37,573 nucleotides of DNA from the NCBI GenBank assembly GCA_020718925.1, contig DYRC01000004.1, positions 2,235 to 39,807 of the forward strand. The letters are read 5' to 3'. Position 1 is the stretch's first letter, and every line of letters starts with the position of its first letter. The notes beneath the pieces are model-generated. The model made no database searches. It was not told where the DNA came from and saw nothing but the letters and a program-made list of their open reading frames with translations. Below, piece after piece: positions 22,460 through 31,232 of the stretch. The position numbers and the translations under genes were made by a program. Source of the stretch: Desulfonema limicola (GTDB taxonomy: Bacteria > Desulfobacterota > Desulfobacteria > Desulfobacterales > DYRC01).

Positions 22460-23530
22460 ATGCGTCTTCTTCCAAAATCAGCAATTGAAAAAGCAGGCGG
22501 TTTTCTGTCTGTTGCCTCTGTGATATACGGCTGGGGCGTAAAACTCAGAACAATGCTGTATCAGCAAGGCATTCTGAAATCCCGGCGACTTCCCTGTCTG
22601 GTTATCTCAATCGGAAACATCACCGCAGGCGGGACCGGCAAAACACCCATGACGATTTATCTGACAAAGTTATTGAAAAATCTTGGTTATTCAGTTGCTA
22701 TTGTCAGTAGGGGATACCGGGGAAAAGCTGAAAAAAACGGCGGTATTGTCAGCAATGGACATGAAATTCTGATGACATCAGAAGAAGCAGGCGATGAGCC
22801 GTTTATGATGGCGCAAATCCTGAATGATGTGCCGGTCTTGGTCGGAGGAAACCGTTTTGCAAGCGGAATGCGGGCAATACAGCAATTCAAGCCGGATATC
22901 ATCGTGCTGGATGATGCGTTTCAGCATCTTCGGCTGCATCGGGATATTAATCTTGTGCTGTTAGACAGTCGAAATCCATTCGGAAACGGACATCTGCTGC
23001 CCAAAGGCAGATTAAGAGAGCCGCTATCCGCGCTGGAGCGGGCAGATGCGTTTATTCTGACCCGAAGCGACCTAACCCCCCTGCCCCCCTTCCCTGTAGG
23101 GCAGGGGGAGACACCCATCTCCGTTTCGGAGAGGGGCTGGGGGAGAGGTTACCCCGTGTTCCGCTCCGTCCATATTCCCCGCATTCGGAAAAATGAGATA
23201 AACAACCGCCGGGTATTTGCGTTTTCCGGCATTGCGGATAATCAGGATTTTTTACAGACTGTCAGGACATTGGGCGGTGAAATTGTCGGTTTCAAAGGAT
23301 TTGCCGATCATTATCCGTATTCTCTGCGTGATCTTGAGGATATTGCTGCGTATGCAAAGAATGCTCAGGCAGAAATGCTGGTTACAACAGAAAAAGATCA
23401 TGCGCGGATCGCTGATAATATCCGCGCATTACAGCCTGATCTTGCGGTCATCGGAATTGATATTTCTTTCAAAAGCGATGCACCGGAATTTGAAGCGTTT
23501 ATTCAACGCCGCATAGCGCAATACATTTAA
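22460..23530 (+). CDS. lpxK: Tetraacyldisaccharide 4'-kinase
   Basis: Starts at the nucleotide after the upstream stop. P-loop ISIGNITAGGTGKTP; VSRGY; DDAFQH; C-terminal FADHYPY..TTEKD. Contains a repeat-derived in-frame insert at 23070-23155. Confidence 0.9.
   Translation: MRLLPKSAIEKAGGFLSVASVIYGWGVKLRTMLYQQGILKSRRLPCLVISIGNITAGGTGKTPMTIYLTKLLKNLGYSVAIVSRGYRGKAEKNGGIVSNGHEILMTSEEAGDEPFMMAQILNDVPVLVGGNRFASGMRAIQQFKPDIIVLDDAFQHLRLHRDINLVLLDSRNPFGNGHLLPKGRLREPLSALERADAFILTRSDLTPLPPFPVGQGETPISVSERGWGRGYPVFRSVHIPRIRKNEINNRRVFAFSGIADNQDFLQTVRTLGGEIVGFKGFADHYPYSLRDLEDIAAYAKNAQAEMLVTTEKDHARIADNIRALQPDLAVIGIDISFKSDAPEFEAFIQRRIAQYI
23070..23155 (-). repeat. C/G-rich double-hairpin repeat, copy 3 (variant B), in frame inside lpxK
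   Basis: CCTAACCCCCCTGCCCCCCTTCCCTGTAGGGCAGGGGGAG..CTCCGTTTCGGAGAGGGGCTGGGGGAGAGGTTACCCC aligns with the reverse complement of 24473-24563. It is translated as LTPLPPFPVGQGETPISVSERGWGRGYP. Confidence 0.75.
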
Positions 23531-23891
23531 TCTCAACGCAACCGCCTTTGGGAAGTGCGTTGACGCCCACAACCGCCCTTGCGGGACGATGATCCGAGAA
23601 AAATTCCTTATAAATTTCGTTAAATTCTGCAAAATTGCCAATATCTGTCAGAAATACGTCCACAGAAAGAACGCTTTTCAGATCAGAGCCTCCGGCAACC
23701 ACGATTTGTCTCATATTTTCCAGTGCCTGACGCGCCTGTGATGCCAAATCAGGTCCCGCCATCTCGCCGGTTTTGGGATTCAGTCCCAACTGCCCGCTCA
23801 CAAAAAGCCAGTATCGGGCTGCAATCGCCTGAGAATAAGGTCCGATAGCCGCCGGAGCCTGACTGGTTTGAATTGCCTTGCATTTCATCAT
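23499..23891 (-). CDS. ridA: RidA/YjgF family reactive-intermediate deaminase
   Basis: APAAIGPYSQAI...FVSGQL..., ..ARAVVGVNALPKGGCVEI. AGGAGGAG RBS. Its 3' end overlaps the lpxK 3' end by 32 nt (convergent). Confidence 0.9.
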   Translation of the reverse strand: MMKCKAIQTSQAPAAIGPYSQAIAARYWLFVSGQLGLNPKTGEMAGPDLASQARQALENMRQIVVAGGSDLKSVLSVDVFLTDIGNFAEFNEIYKEFFSDHRPARAVVGVNALPKGGCVEIKCIALCGVE

Positions 23892-23918
23892 TATCTCTGT
23901 TCTCCTCCTAAAAAATAA

Positions 23919-24458
23919 TTATTCACCCAACAGGTTTTTAACCTGCATCAGACATTCTTTTGCGCCGGTTTTTTCCAGCGCGGCTTTGACGGATCGGAAA
24001 CATTCCCGGATAATGGCGGTTTTGGGCTTTGAAGAAAACAGTTGGGCGTCAACGGTTCTGATGTCAGCAACCAGTTCATTGAGCGTTTCAAAATTCAAGC
24101 CCGATTTTCCGATCTCAGCTTTCAAGCCGTTGATGACATTTTCCACCGCCTTGTGCGCCGCGTCATCCAAGATGAGCGCGTTGCCTAAACCTACCGCCGC
24201 CGCCGTCCCGCCGCTTGCGCCCATCTGCCGGGCTTTTTCAATGCCGTCATTGGTAATGGCAATGCCGCCGGAAAGTGTGCGGATTTCTATGAGATTCCAC
24301 CCCATGAGTTCTTCCGCTATATGTTTGGCATCCTGCTTTTCCATGCCCAAAGCCGCGCCGATGTCATACATGGACGCTTTTGCCGAAGTTTTGCCGTCTG
24401 TCTGTCTGAATAATTCCAAAAGGAAATTTTTTCCAGCCTCGTCAATCTGATCTGTCAT
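23919..24458 (-). CDS. Hypothetical protein with N-terminal winged-helix-like region (179 aa)
   Basis: Intact ORF downstream of mltG, separated from it only by repeat copy 4. No catalytic motif recognised. Confidence 0.55.
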   Translation of the reverse strand: MTDQIDEAGKNFLLELFRQTDGKTSAKASMYDIGAALGMEKQDAKHIAEELMGWNLIEIRTLSGGIAITNDGIEKARQMGASGGTAAAVGLGNALILDDAAHKAVENVINGLKAEIGKSGLNFETLNELVADIRTVDAQLFSSKPKTAIIRECFRSVKAALEKTGAKECLMQVKNLLGE

Positions 24459-24472
24459 GCTGCCTTCTTTCG

Positions 24473-24563
24473 TTACCCCTCCCCCAGCCCCTCCCCGGAA
24501 CGGAGAGGGGAGCAGTAGTTACTCCCACTTCCCTTTCAGGGAAGGGGGCTGGGGGGTTAGGTT
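24473..24563 (+). repeat. C/G-rich double-hairpin repeat, copy 4 (variant B)
   Basis: TTACCCCTCCCCCAGCCCCTCCCCGGAACGGAGAGGGG..CCCACTTCCCTTTCAGGGAAGGGGGCTGGGGGGTTAGGTT. It fills exactly the gap between the mltG stop (24564) and the next gene's start region. Confidence 0.8.
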
Positions 24564-25562
24564 TTATTTTCCAAGTATATATTTTCTTACCGCCTGCTGA
24601 TGTTCCGGGTATGTTGTTGAAAAATGATGGCTGCTGTCTCCTTTTGCCACAAAAAATAAAAACGCAGTATCTGCCGGATAAAGCGCGGCTTGGATTGATT
24701 TTGCGCCGGGGCTTGCAATGGGACCCGGAGGAAGCCCCTGAATTTTATAAGTATTATATGGCGTAACCCGTTCCAAATCTTTTCGGGTGATATGTCCGTT
24801 GAAATTTTCAACCCCGTAGCCTACGGTCGGATCGCTCTCAAGACGCATCATCCGCTTCAGACGGTTATGAAACACGGATGAGACTATCGGGCGCTCGCTG
24901 GCAAGTCCGGTTTCTTTTTCAATAATAGATGCCAATGTCAGGGTCTGATGCGGTGAAAACCCCATCTCTGTTGCTTTCTGCTTCCATTCGCCCCGAAATA
25001 CGGCACGATATCGTTTGAGCATGGCGGAAAGAATGGTCTGCGCTTTGACACCTTTGGGAAAATAGTAGGTATCCGGAAATAAATATCCTTCCAGACTCGG
25101 CGCGTCAATTCCCTGCTGCCGGATAAAGGCTTCGTCTGTGGCAGCTTTGATAAATTCTTCTTCTGCAATAAATCCCGAATTGGCAATTTCTGCCGCAATC
25201 TCGCGCATGGTGTAGCCTTCGGGAATGGTAAGCTTATGCAGATAAACTCTGCCGCTGCTCATCAGATCAAGCATATCTTTGGGAGACATGGACGGCGAAA
25301 GCTGATATTCTCCGGCTCTGATTTTTTTGTCATAACCTCTGATTCGAGCTAAAATTTTGAATTTCAATGAATTTTGAATCAATCCGGCTTGTCTGAGACT
25401 TTCAATAATTGCGCTGAATCCGCGTCCCGGAGCAATTTCTATGATTTTTTTATCATTCCCACTGCCGGACGGCGCGTCTTCATAGCGCAGAAATTCAAGC
25501 GCAGTGTATGTCAGCAGGACAAGAATGAGAATAAACATGAGAAATACTTTTTTCATTATCAT
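24564..25562 (-). CDS. mltG: Endolytic murein transglycosylase MltG (YceG-like)
   Basis: N-terminal TM; ..IPEGYTMREIA..; ASIIEKET; NTYKIQGLPPGPIASPG. Confidence 0.9.
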   Translation of the reverse strand: MIMKKVFLMFILILVLLTYTALEFLRYEDAPSGSGNDKKIIEIAPGRGFSAIIESLRQAGLIQNSLKFKILARIRGYDKKIRAGEYQLSPSMSPKDMLDLMSSGRVYLHKLTIPEGYTMREIAAEIANSGFIAEEEFIKAATDEAFIRQQGIDAPSLEGYLFPDTYYFPKGVKAQTILSAMLKRYRAVFRGEWKQKATEMGFSPHQTLTLASIIEKETGLASERPIVSSVFHNRLKRMMRLESDPTVGYGVENFNGHITRKDLERVTPYNTYKIQGLPPGPIASPGAKSIQAALYPADTAFLFFVAKGDSSHHFSTTYPEHQQAVRKYILGK

Positions 25563-25623
25563 ATATCCCGTATAATATTAGATCGTTGCGCCATTATTCT
25601 TTGATATGAAGACTTGTATTTTT

Positions 25624-26817
25624 TTAAGGAATCGGAACAAGAACGCCGTCTTTCCGGTATTTTGCCATGAAAATATATTCCTGCCCCAGCGCATCATGGT
25701 TTTCCGGCGTGAAGGGACGCTTTGTATTTATCGCAAGACCCTTATAGGCTCCGAGATTCTCAAGCGCGGTTCGGATGGCTGACCGATCCGTACTGCCTGC
25801 TTTTTCAATGGCAAGCGCAAGCAGATGTGTCAGATCATACGCATGACCTACGCCCACCGGCGCATTGATTTCTTCAAAGCGCTTTATCGGGTAAAGTTTG
25901 CTGACGACCGACATAAATCTGTCGCGTATCTGCGGATCCGCCTTGAAAAAGCTGAAGGTCTGAATCACCGAAAAATCCATCTTATTGATGATGCCGTTTG
26001 TGTTTTCAAAGAATCGTCCCCCGGTTACGCCCCAGTGAGACAGGATGGGCAGGTGTTTTTCTTTCGGCAGCCCTGAAATTTCATTGATCAGAATACCTGC
26101 TTCCCGATCATTGGCAATAAACAGAATCGCCTGAGATCCGGCTTTGAGCAAATCTTCATAGAGTTCTGACAGCGATGTATCTCCCCAATTATACCAGCGG
26201 GAGCGCACAATTCTGATAGACGGATTTGCCACAGTGAAAGATTCGACAGCCAGCGCATTGCTGCGCCCCCAAGCAGTATTCGGAAACAGAACGCCGATTC
26301 GGTTCAGCCCGCGCTTCTGAGCATGTCCGAGCATGGCGGGTATGGCAAAACTGTCTTTGAGCGCAAGGCGGAACACAAAATTCGGTTTCATGTCGTTGTT
26401 AGTGATATTATCCGCCGAAGCCCAGGGATCCAGAAGTATCATGCCGATTTCATGAACAATAGGCACCAATTCAATAAGAACCGGACTGAAACGTGCGCCG
26501 AAAACTGCCACCATATCTTTCATTTTATTAAATTCTTTTACATTTTCAATGCCTCTTGCCGGAACCGACCGATCATCTGAAACCTCAAGAATCAGCGGAC
26601 GTCCGCCAAGTACGCCGCCTTTGGCATTGATTTCATGCAGCGCAACACGGATTCCCATTTCAACTGCCTGTGCAGAAGTGCTGTTGGGAAGTCCGAATTC
26701 GGCAGACAGCCCGATTCTCACCGGATTTTTTTCCGATGCTGCTGAAACAAGCGGCATGATGATCACAAAGAGCATCAGAAAAAATATCTTATTAAGAGAT
26801 AAAGCATAAACTTTCAT
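25624..26817 (-). CDS. Periplasmic substrate-binding protein, LivK/type-1 PBP-like
   Basis: Signal peptide; VRIGLSAEFG...; overall Leu/Ile/Val-binding-protein layout. AAGGGA RBS. Confidence 0.8.
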   Translation of the reverse strand: MKVYALSLNKIFFLMLFVIIMPLVSAASEKNPVRIGLSAEFGLPNSTSAQAVEMGIRVALHEINAKGGVLGGRPLILEVSDDRSVPARGIENVKEFNKMKDMVAVFGARFSPVLIELVPIVHEIGMILLDPWASADNITNNDMKPNFVFRLALKDSFAIPAMLGHAQKRGLNRIGVLFPNTAWGRSNALAVESFTVANPSIRIVRSRWYNWGDTSLSELYEDLLKAGSQAILFIANDREAGILINEISGLPKEKHLPILSHWGVTGGRFFENTNGIINKMDFSVIQTFSFFKADPQIRDRFMSVVSKLYPIKRFEEINAPVGVGHAYDLTHLLALAIEKAGSTDRSAIRTALENLGAYKGLAINTKRPFTPENHDALGQEYIFMAKYRKDGVLVPIP

Positions 26818-26875
26818 AATATTCCCTTGAAAATTTTTATAAGCTTTTTCAGTCTGTTTTTCAAGCCAAAAGGAA

Positions 26876-28000
26876 TCAGGTCGGAAACAGAACTTTGATG
26901 GTCGTTCCAGCCCCCACCGTGCTGAAAACTTTGATTGCGCCCCGGTGCTGCTTTACAATACCCAGCACTGCCGGAAGTCCTAATCCCCGCCCCAAAAATT
27001 TTGTCGTAAAAAACGGATCAAAAATTTTGGCTTTTGTATCCTCGTCCATTCCGCATCCGGTATCGCTTATCTCAAGGACAACATATTTTCCCTGGGGCAG
27101 ATTCTCATCCAGATATGGTTCACAAAGAAATGCCCGATCCGCATCCGTGATCCCGGTACGGATCGTTATCATGCCTTCATTCTCTTCTAATGCTTCGGAG
27201 GCATTTGCGATCAGATTAAGCACGATCTGCCGGATTTGATTGAGATCAACATTGATTAGGGAAATTTTATCCATAAGATCATAACTGAGCGTTATTTTTT
27301 GGGATACGCTGATCTCGATAAGCGGCATCATATCCGTAATCAGCATTGACAGATGAACCTTTTCCGGTTTGCTTTGAATATGACCGGTATATTCAAGGAT
27401 TTGCCGGGTTATTTTTGAGGCGCGCATGGTTGCGGTGAGAATTTCCTGAATCATGGGCTGTGCCGGAGAAGCCGGCGGGAGTTCGATTTGCATCAGTTCC
27501 GCATATCCGAGAATCGTTGCCAGAATATTGTTGAAGTTATGCGCCACCGCGCCGGACATTCTGCCCAGGCTCTCTGCTTTCTGGGCGTACTGAATGTGCG
27601 CGGCTATCTGACGCTGCTGATTTTCAGACTTGTATTTATAAAGTGCCATTTCAATCGCCGCATAAAGTTCTCTGCCCTGAATCGGCTTGATGAGATAGCC
27701 GTAAGGCGCGGTGATTTTTGCCTGCTGCAATCGGGTATCGTCCGAATACGCTGTCAGATAAATCACAGGAATATCAGATTGTGCGCGAATCTGTTCAGCC
27801 GCTTCTATGCCGCTCATTTTTCCGATAAGCTCTATATCCATCAGTATCAATGCCGGAAGCGTTTCAGCAGCTTTCTGAATCGCCTGCTCTCCTGAATCTG
27901 CATGTCCGACCACCTCATATCCGAAATCTGTCAGCATCTTTTTGATACATAAGGCGATGATGGCATTATCCTCAACAATCAGAATCTGTTGTTTTTCCAT
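26876..28000 (-). CDS. Hybrid response-regulator/histidine kinase (REC-HisKA-HATPase)
   Basis: REC: ILIVEDN..LILMDIEL..K. H-box: GRMSGAVAHNFNN. N-box: LIANASEAL. G-boxes: DTGCGM, GRGLGL. Confidence 0.85.
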   Translation of the reverse strand: MEKQQILIVEDNAIIALCIKKMLTDFGYEVVGHADSGEQAIQKAAETLPALILMDIELIGKMSGIEAAEQIRAQSDIPVIYLTAYSDDTRLQQAKITAPYGYLIKPIQGRELYAAIEMALYKYKSENQQRQIAAHIQYAQKAESLGRMSGAVAHNFNNILATILGYAELMQIELPPASPAQPMIQEILTATMRASKITRQILEYTGHIQSKPEKVHLSMLITDMMPLIEISVSQKITLSYDLMDKISLINVDLNQIRQIVLNLIANASEALEENEGMITIRTGITDADRAFLCEPYLDENLPQGKYVVLEISDTGCGMDEDTKAKIFDPFFTTKFLGRGLGLPAVLGIVKQHRGAIKVFSTVGAGTTIKVLFPT

Positions 28001-28019
28001 AGCTTATCCTCTGTTTTTT

Positions 28020-29042
28020 TCAATTATGCCGATGGAAATCAGGAGATTTCTGTTCGGCAAATATCAGCTTGAACGTTGTTCCGTTATGAATATCTATGTT
28101 AAGTTCGGCTCGTATCTGACGGCTTAACATATTCACCAATTTAAGTCCCAGTGTTTCGGTATTGCGCCAATCCATATCCTGCGGCAGCCCCACGCCGTTA
28201 TCACGGATGATCAGCATAAATCTGTTATTTTCATAATGAACCAGCATGACGGAAATTTCACAGACGGATTCTAATCGGCAGGGTTTTCCGCCGGGAAATG
28301 CGTATTTCAGAGCATTGCTGATGATTTCATTGATAATCAGTCCGCAGGGAATCGCTGTGTCAATATTGAAAAAAACATTGCCGATCTCTGTTTTCAGCGA
28401 TATAGTCTGACCCGTTCCGAATATCTGAAACACATTGTTTATCAATTCTTTCAGATACTCTCCGAAACTTATTCTTGCCAGATTTTCAGCCTGATACAGA
28501 TTTTTATGAACCAAAGACATGGTCATAATCTGGGATTGAAGCTGCTTGAAAATTCGGATCGTCTCCGGATCATGGATATGAGCAATCTGCAATTCCGTCA
28601 GCGAAATCAGGGATGCCAGATTATTTTTGACCCGGTGATGAATTTCTCTTAACAATACTTCTTTTTCCGAAAGCGCATCTCTGATTTGCTTATCCGCTTC
28701 TCTGATTTCAGTAATAAGCTGACTGCGTTCATCCACGACGTTTTTTGTCGCATTTTTAAGGGAAAACAGAAGCGGCTCAATTCTGAGCAGTCCCACGACC
28801 ATAAACGCAGAGATGACAAGCGTAACCCAATCGTCTGCCGAGGAAAACTCCCTGTTTTCGGATAAATCTTTGAAAATTATCATAAACAGCGTGATGCACC
28901 GCCGGACTGCCATCATAAAAATTGCCGCGCAGATCAGTAGCCATCCCTTACGTCCCCCGGTAATCGGAATCATCCGCCATGCCAAAATCACCGCTGTAAA
29001 CTGAAGCATGATGGAAATTCCCAAAATGAAAATAATCAGCAT
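28020..29042 (-). CDS. Membrane sensor histidine kinase, HisKA_2/HWE-like
   Basis: I prefer the ATG at 29042, with GGAGG 10 nt upstream; the track start at 29138 is TTG. TM segments, then EIHHRVKNNLASLISL (H-box of HisKA_2), ISNALKYAFPGG, DNGVGLP. Confidence 0.8.
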   Translation of the reverse strand: MLIIFILGISIMLQFTAVILAWRMIPITGGRKGWLLICAAIFMMAVRRCITLFMIIFKDLSENREFSSADDWVTLVISAFMVVGLLRIEPLLFSLKNATKNVVDERSQLITEIREADKQIRDALSEKEVLLREIHHRVKNNLASLISLTELQIAHIHDPETIRIFKQLQSQIMTMSLVHKNLYQAENLARISFGEYLKELINNVFQIFGTGQTISLKTEIGNVFFNIDTAIPCGLIINEIISNALKYAFPGGKPCRLESVCEISVMLVHYENNRFMLIIRDNGVGLPQDMDWRNTETLGLKLVNMLSRQIRAELNIDIHNGTTFKLIFAEQKSPDFHRHN

Positions 29043-29163
29043 AGTTAATAGACCTCCTGCAAAACTCAATTTTTGCCTAATAAAATCAAGGGACAAATTC
29101 CAGTTTCGCAGGAAGTCTATTTTGCATCTTCCTTTCAAAAGAGGTATTTCAATATTTGAATTT

Positions 29164-29574
29164 TTACCTGCTTTTCAAGTCTATCCATATCGAAAGGACA
29201 GACTTCAGATTCTTAAAATGCGGATCGGTTGAAACAAATCGCTCACAAGCATGATGTTTTGCAATCGCTAAATGAACCGAATCCATTGCCTTCAAATTCT
29301 CAGTCTGAGAAAATTTTAAAGCATCTTTGAAAACATTAGGAAAACTTTTCAGAATTTTGGTTTGTTCAAACAACCTGTCATAAATTCTGACCAAGCGTTC
29401 ATTATTATCTTTGTGAGGTTTTGACAATACTTCAAGCACCACGGCATCGGAAGCACACAATAGCCATCCTGCATTCATAAGTTCCTGAAGACAGATATTA
29501 ACGTTTTTACGATAGTTTGGCAATCCCTCAATACGTGCTATCCAAACAGAAGAGTCAACATAAGCTAATTTCAT
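29164..29574 (-). CDS. vapC: PIN-domain toxin VapC
   Basis: MKLAYVDSSVWI..(Asp)...LEV...MDSVHLAIA...FVSTD. ATGA overlap with the upstream antitoxin gene. Confidence 0.8.
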   Translation of the reverse strand: MKLAYVDSSVWIARIEGLPNYRKNVNICLQELMNAGWLLCASDAVVLEVLSKPHKDNNERLVRIYDRLFEQTKILKSFPNVFKDALKFSQTENLKAMDSVHLAIAKHHACERFVSTDPHFKNLKSVLSIWIDLKSR

Positions 29575-29795
29575 TCTGTTTCCTTAAATGCCCGTAACTC
29601 TTTTAAAATTTCGGCATGGGTTCTTCTTGGAAAATCAAGCGCATCCGCTTGGTCAAATATTTCCGAAATTTGCTCCCAATTCGACTTTTCCGATGGTGGT
29701 TCTTTAATCGAAACCTTAACCTTCTTGCCCCATAACGATTTCGGAACTTTGGCAGTGAGTATGCCTCTTTTGCTGACCTCGGCTTGTAAAATCAT
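29571..29795 (-). CDS. Putative VapB-type antitoxin
   Basis: 74 aa, immediately upstream of and overlapping the PIN gene. The N-terminal beta-rich segment (AKVPKSLWGKKVKVSI) is AbrB/SpoVT-like. Confidence 0.6.
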   Translation of the reverse strand: MILQAEVSKRGILTAKVPKSLWGKKVKVSIKEPPSEKSNWEQISEIFDQADALDFPRRTHAEILKELRAFKETE

Positions 29796-30241
29796 AGCTT
29801 TTTCCTTTTCTTTTGGCTACGGAACTGATCCTGAACTTTGCGCCAGAAGACTACTTCGGGACAAAGGGCTTTCATCCACAGCCACCCGATGCCTGATCCG
29901 ATAAAATAATACGGAAAATCCCACCAGTCAAACGTAGTTCCCAAAATGGTTCTGCCGATAAAAAAGCTTCTGAGCCATTCCAACACCGGCGGATGCCATA
30001 ACTGAAGAAATTCAAGGCAGCAGGTAGCGAGCAGCACCGAAAGCGCAATGATTGTCGGGCGGATTCGGCTGAACAGAAATATCAGCAGACACCAGAAGAT
30101 TTCATAAAATACGCCGCCCGAAGATGCCCTGATCCACGATGCAAAAGGATAATTATACCATTTGGTGTAAAAGCCGACGGGAATCAGAATTATCAGTGAG
30201 ATAACGATTCTGATATGCCTTGAATACGCTGATATTATCAT
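29792..30241 (-). CDS. DUF2809-like four-TM membrane protein
   Basis: GGVFYEIFWCLLIFLF..CCLEFLQLW...GRTILGTTFDWWDFPYYFIG fits the DUF2809 pattern as I remember it. ATGA overlap with the antitoxin start. Confidence 0.6.
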   Translation of the reverse strand: MIISAYSRHIRIVISLIILIPVGFYTKWYNYPFASWIRASSGGVFYEIFWCLLIFLFSRIRPTIIALSVLLATCCLEFLQLWHPPVLEWLRSFFIGRTILGTTFDWWDFPYYFIGSGIGWLWMKALCPEVVFWRKVQDQFRSQKKRKKL

Positions 30242-30326
30242 AGTTCTGCCTGATTGAAAAATTCTTGTATAAAAGATTATTCCATGTTATCAGAAATAGT
30301 TAAAATTGTCTATAAATAGAAAGAGT

Positions 30327-30902
30327 ATGAGCATGTCTGTCGCGCCCAAAATTTATTTTACGTCTGAAGAATATTTAGCTATTGAACGCATGGCTGACTA
30401 TAAGAGCGAATATTTCAACGGTGAAATGTTTGCTATGGCAGGAGCGAGTCCGACCCATGCGCTGATTGTAACGAATGTTGTTTCCGAACTCAGAACACAG
30501 TTGAAAAAACGCCCATGCACCGTATATTCGACAGATTTAAGGCTCAGAGTCAGCCCGACAGGTCTTTATACCTATCCTGATGTGGCGGTTGTATGCGGAG
30601 AGCCTGAATACGACGATAAATATGAAGATACGCTCCTCAATCCGACGCTCATTATCGAAGTGCTTTCCGAATCCACCGAAAGCTATGACAGAGGCGCGAA
30701 ATTCAAACAATATCAAAGCGTAAAATCTGTAAAAGAATATGTGCTGATTGCTCAGAACACACCGCGCATAGAGCGTTTTACCCGGCAGAACCGCAGCCGG
30801 TGGTCGCCTTTGATGGCGAGTCATATCGGAGATGAAATTGAACTGAGTTCTGTCAATTGCGTTTTATCTCTGGCAGAGGTGTATGATAAGGTAAGGTTTT
30901 AA
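30327..30902 (+). CDS. Uma2 family (DUF820) restriction-endonuclease-like protein
   Basis: EEYLAIERMADYKSEYFNGEMFAMAG.., YTYPDVAVVCG, PTLIIEVLSESTESYDRGAKFKQY. Confidence 0.85.
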   Translation: MSMSVAPKIYFTSEEYLAIERMADYKSEYFNGEMFAMAGASPTHALIVTNVVSELRTQLKKRPCTVYSTDLRLRVSPTGLYTYPDVAVVCGEPEYDDKYEDTLLNPTLIIEVLSESTESYDRGAKFKQYQSVKSVKEYVLIAQNTPRIERFTRQNRSRWSPLMASHIGDEIELSSVNCVLSLAEVYDKVRF

Positions 30903-30979
30903 CCAAACAGGCTTTTGAATGAAAGGTTTTGATTTATGATTCTTACATCAGAACTTCCTGATGATAAAATACGGGCAAT

Positions 30980-31207
30980 TCATAGAATGACGGCAAAAAA
31001 AATATGATATTGTTGACGATCCGTTTCACTTGAAAAAACTCTGCAAGACTTTTCCCGGGCAGAATGCAGGGCATGAATCAGATTGACCGCAATTGTGTTC
31101 TGATTGAACGACACACCGCCCATAGCAAAAATTTCACCGTGATAATATTCGCTTTTATATTCGGCGAGATTTTCCAATTCCGGATATTCATCAGGGGGTA
31201 TAGAACT
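30980..31207 (-). pseudogene. Truncated Uma2-family gene (N-terminal ~60 aa only)
   Basis: PDEYPELENLAEYKSEYYHGEIFAMGGVS..NLIHALHSAREKSCRVFSSE parallels residues 10-75 of the intact copy, then terminates. The catalytic D..E.K region is missing. Confidence 0.6.
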
Positions 31208-31232
31208 TTTTCTCAACCTGCAACATAAATAC

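Noticed and set aside
23878-24450. 190-aa plus-strand ORF
   Set aside because: It is antisense to 23919-24458. It has an Ala/Ser/Pro-rich shadow composition and starts inside the ridA RBS region.
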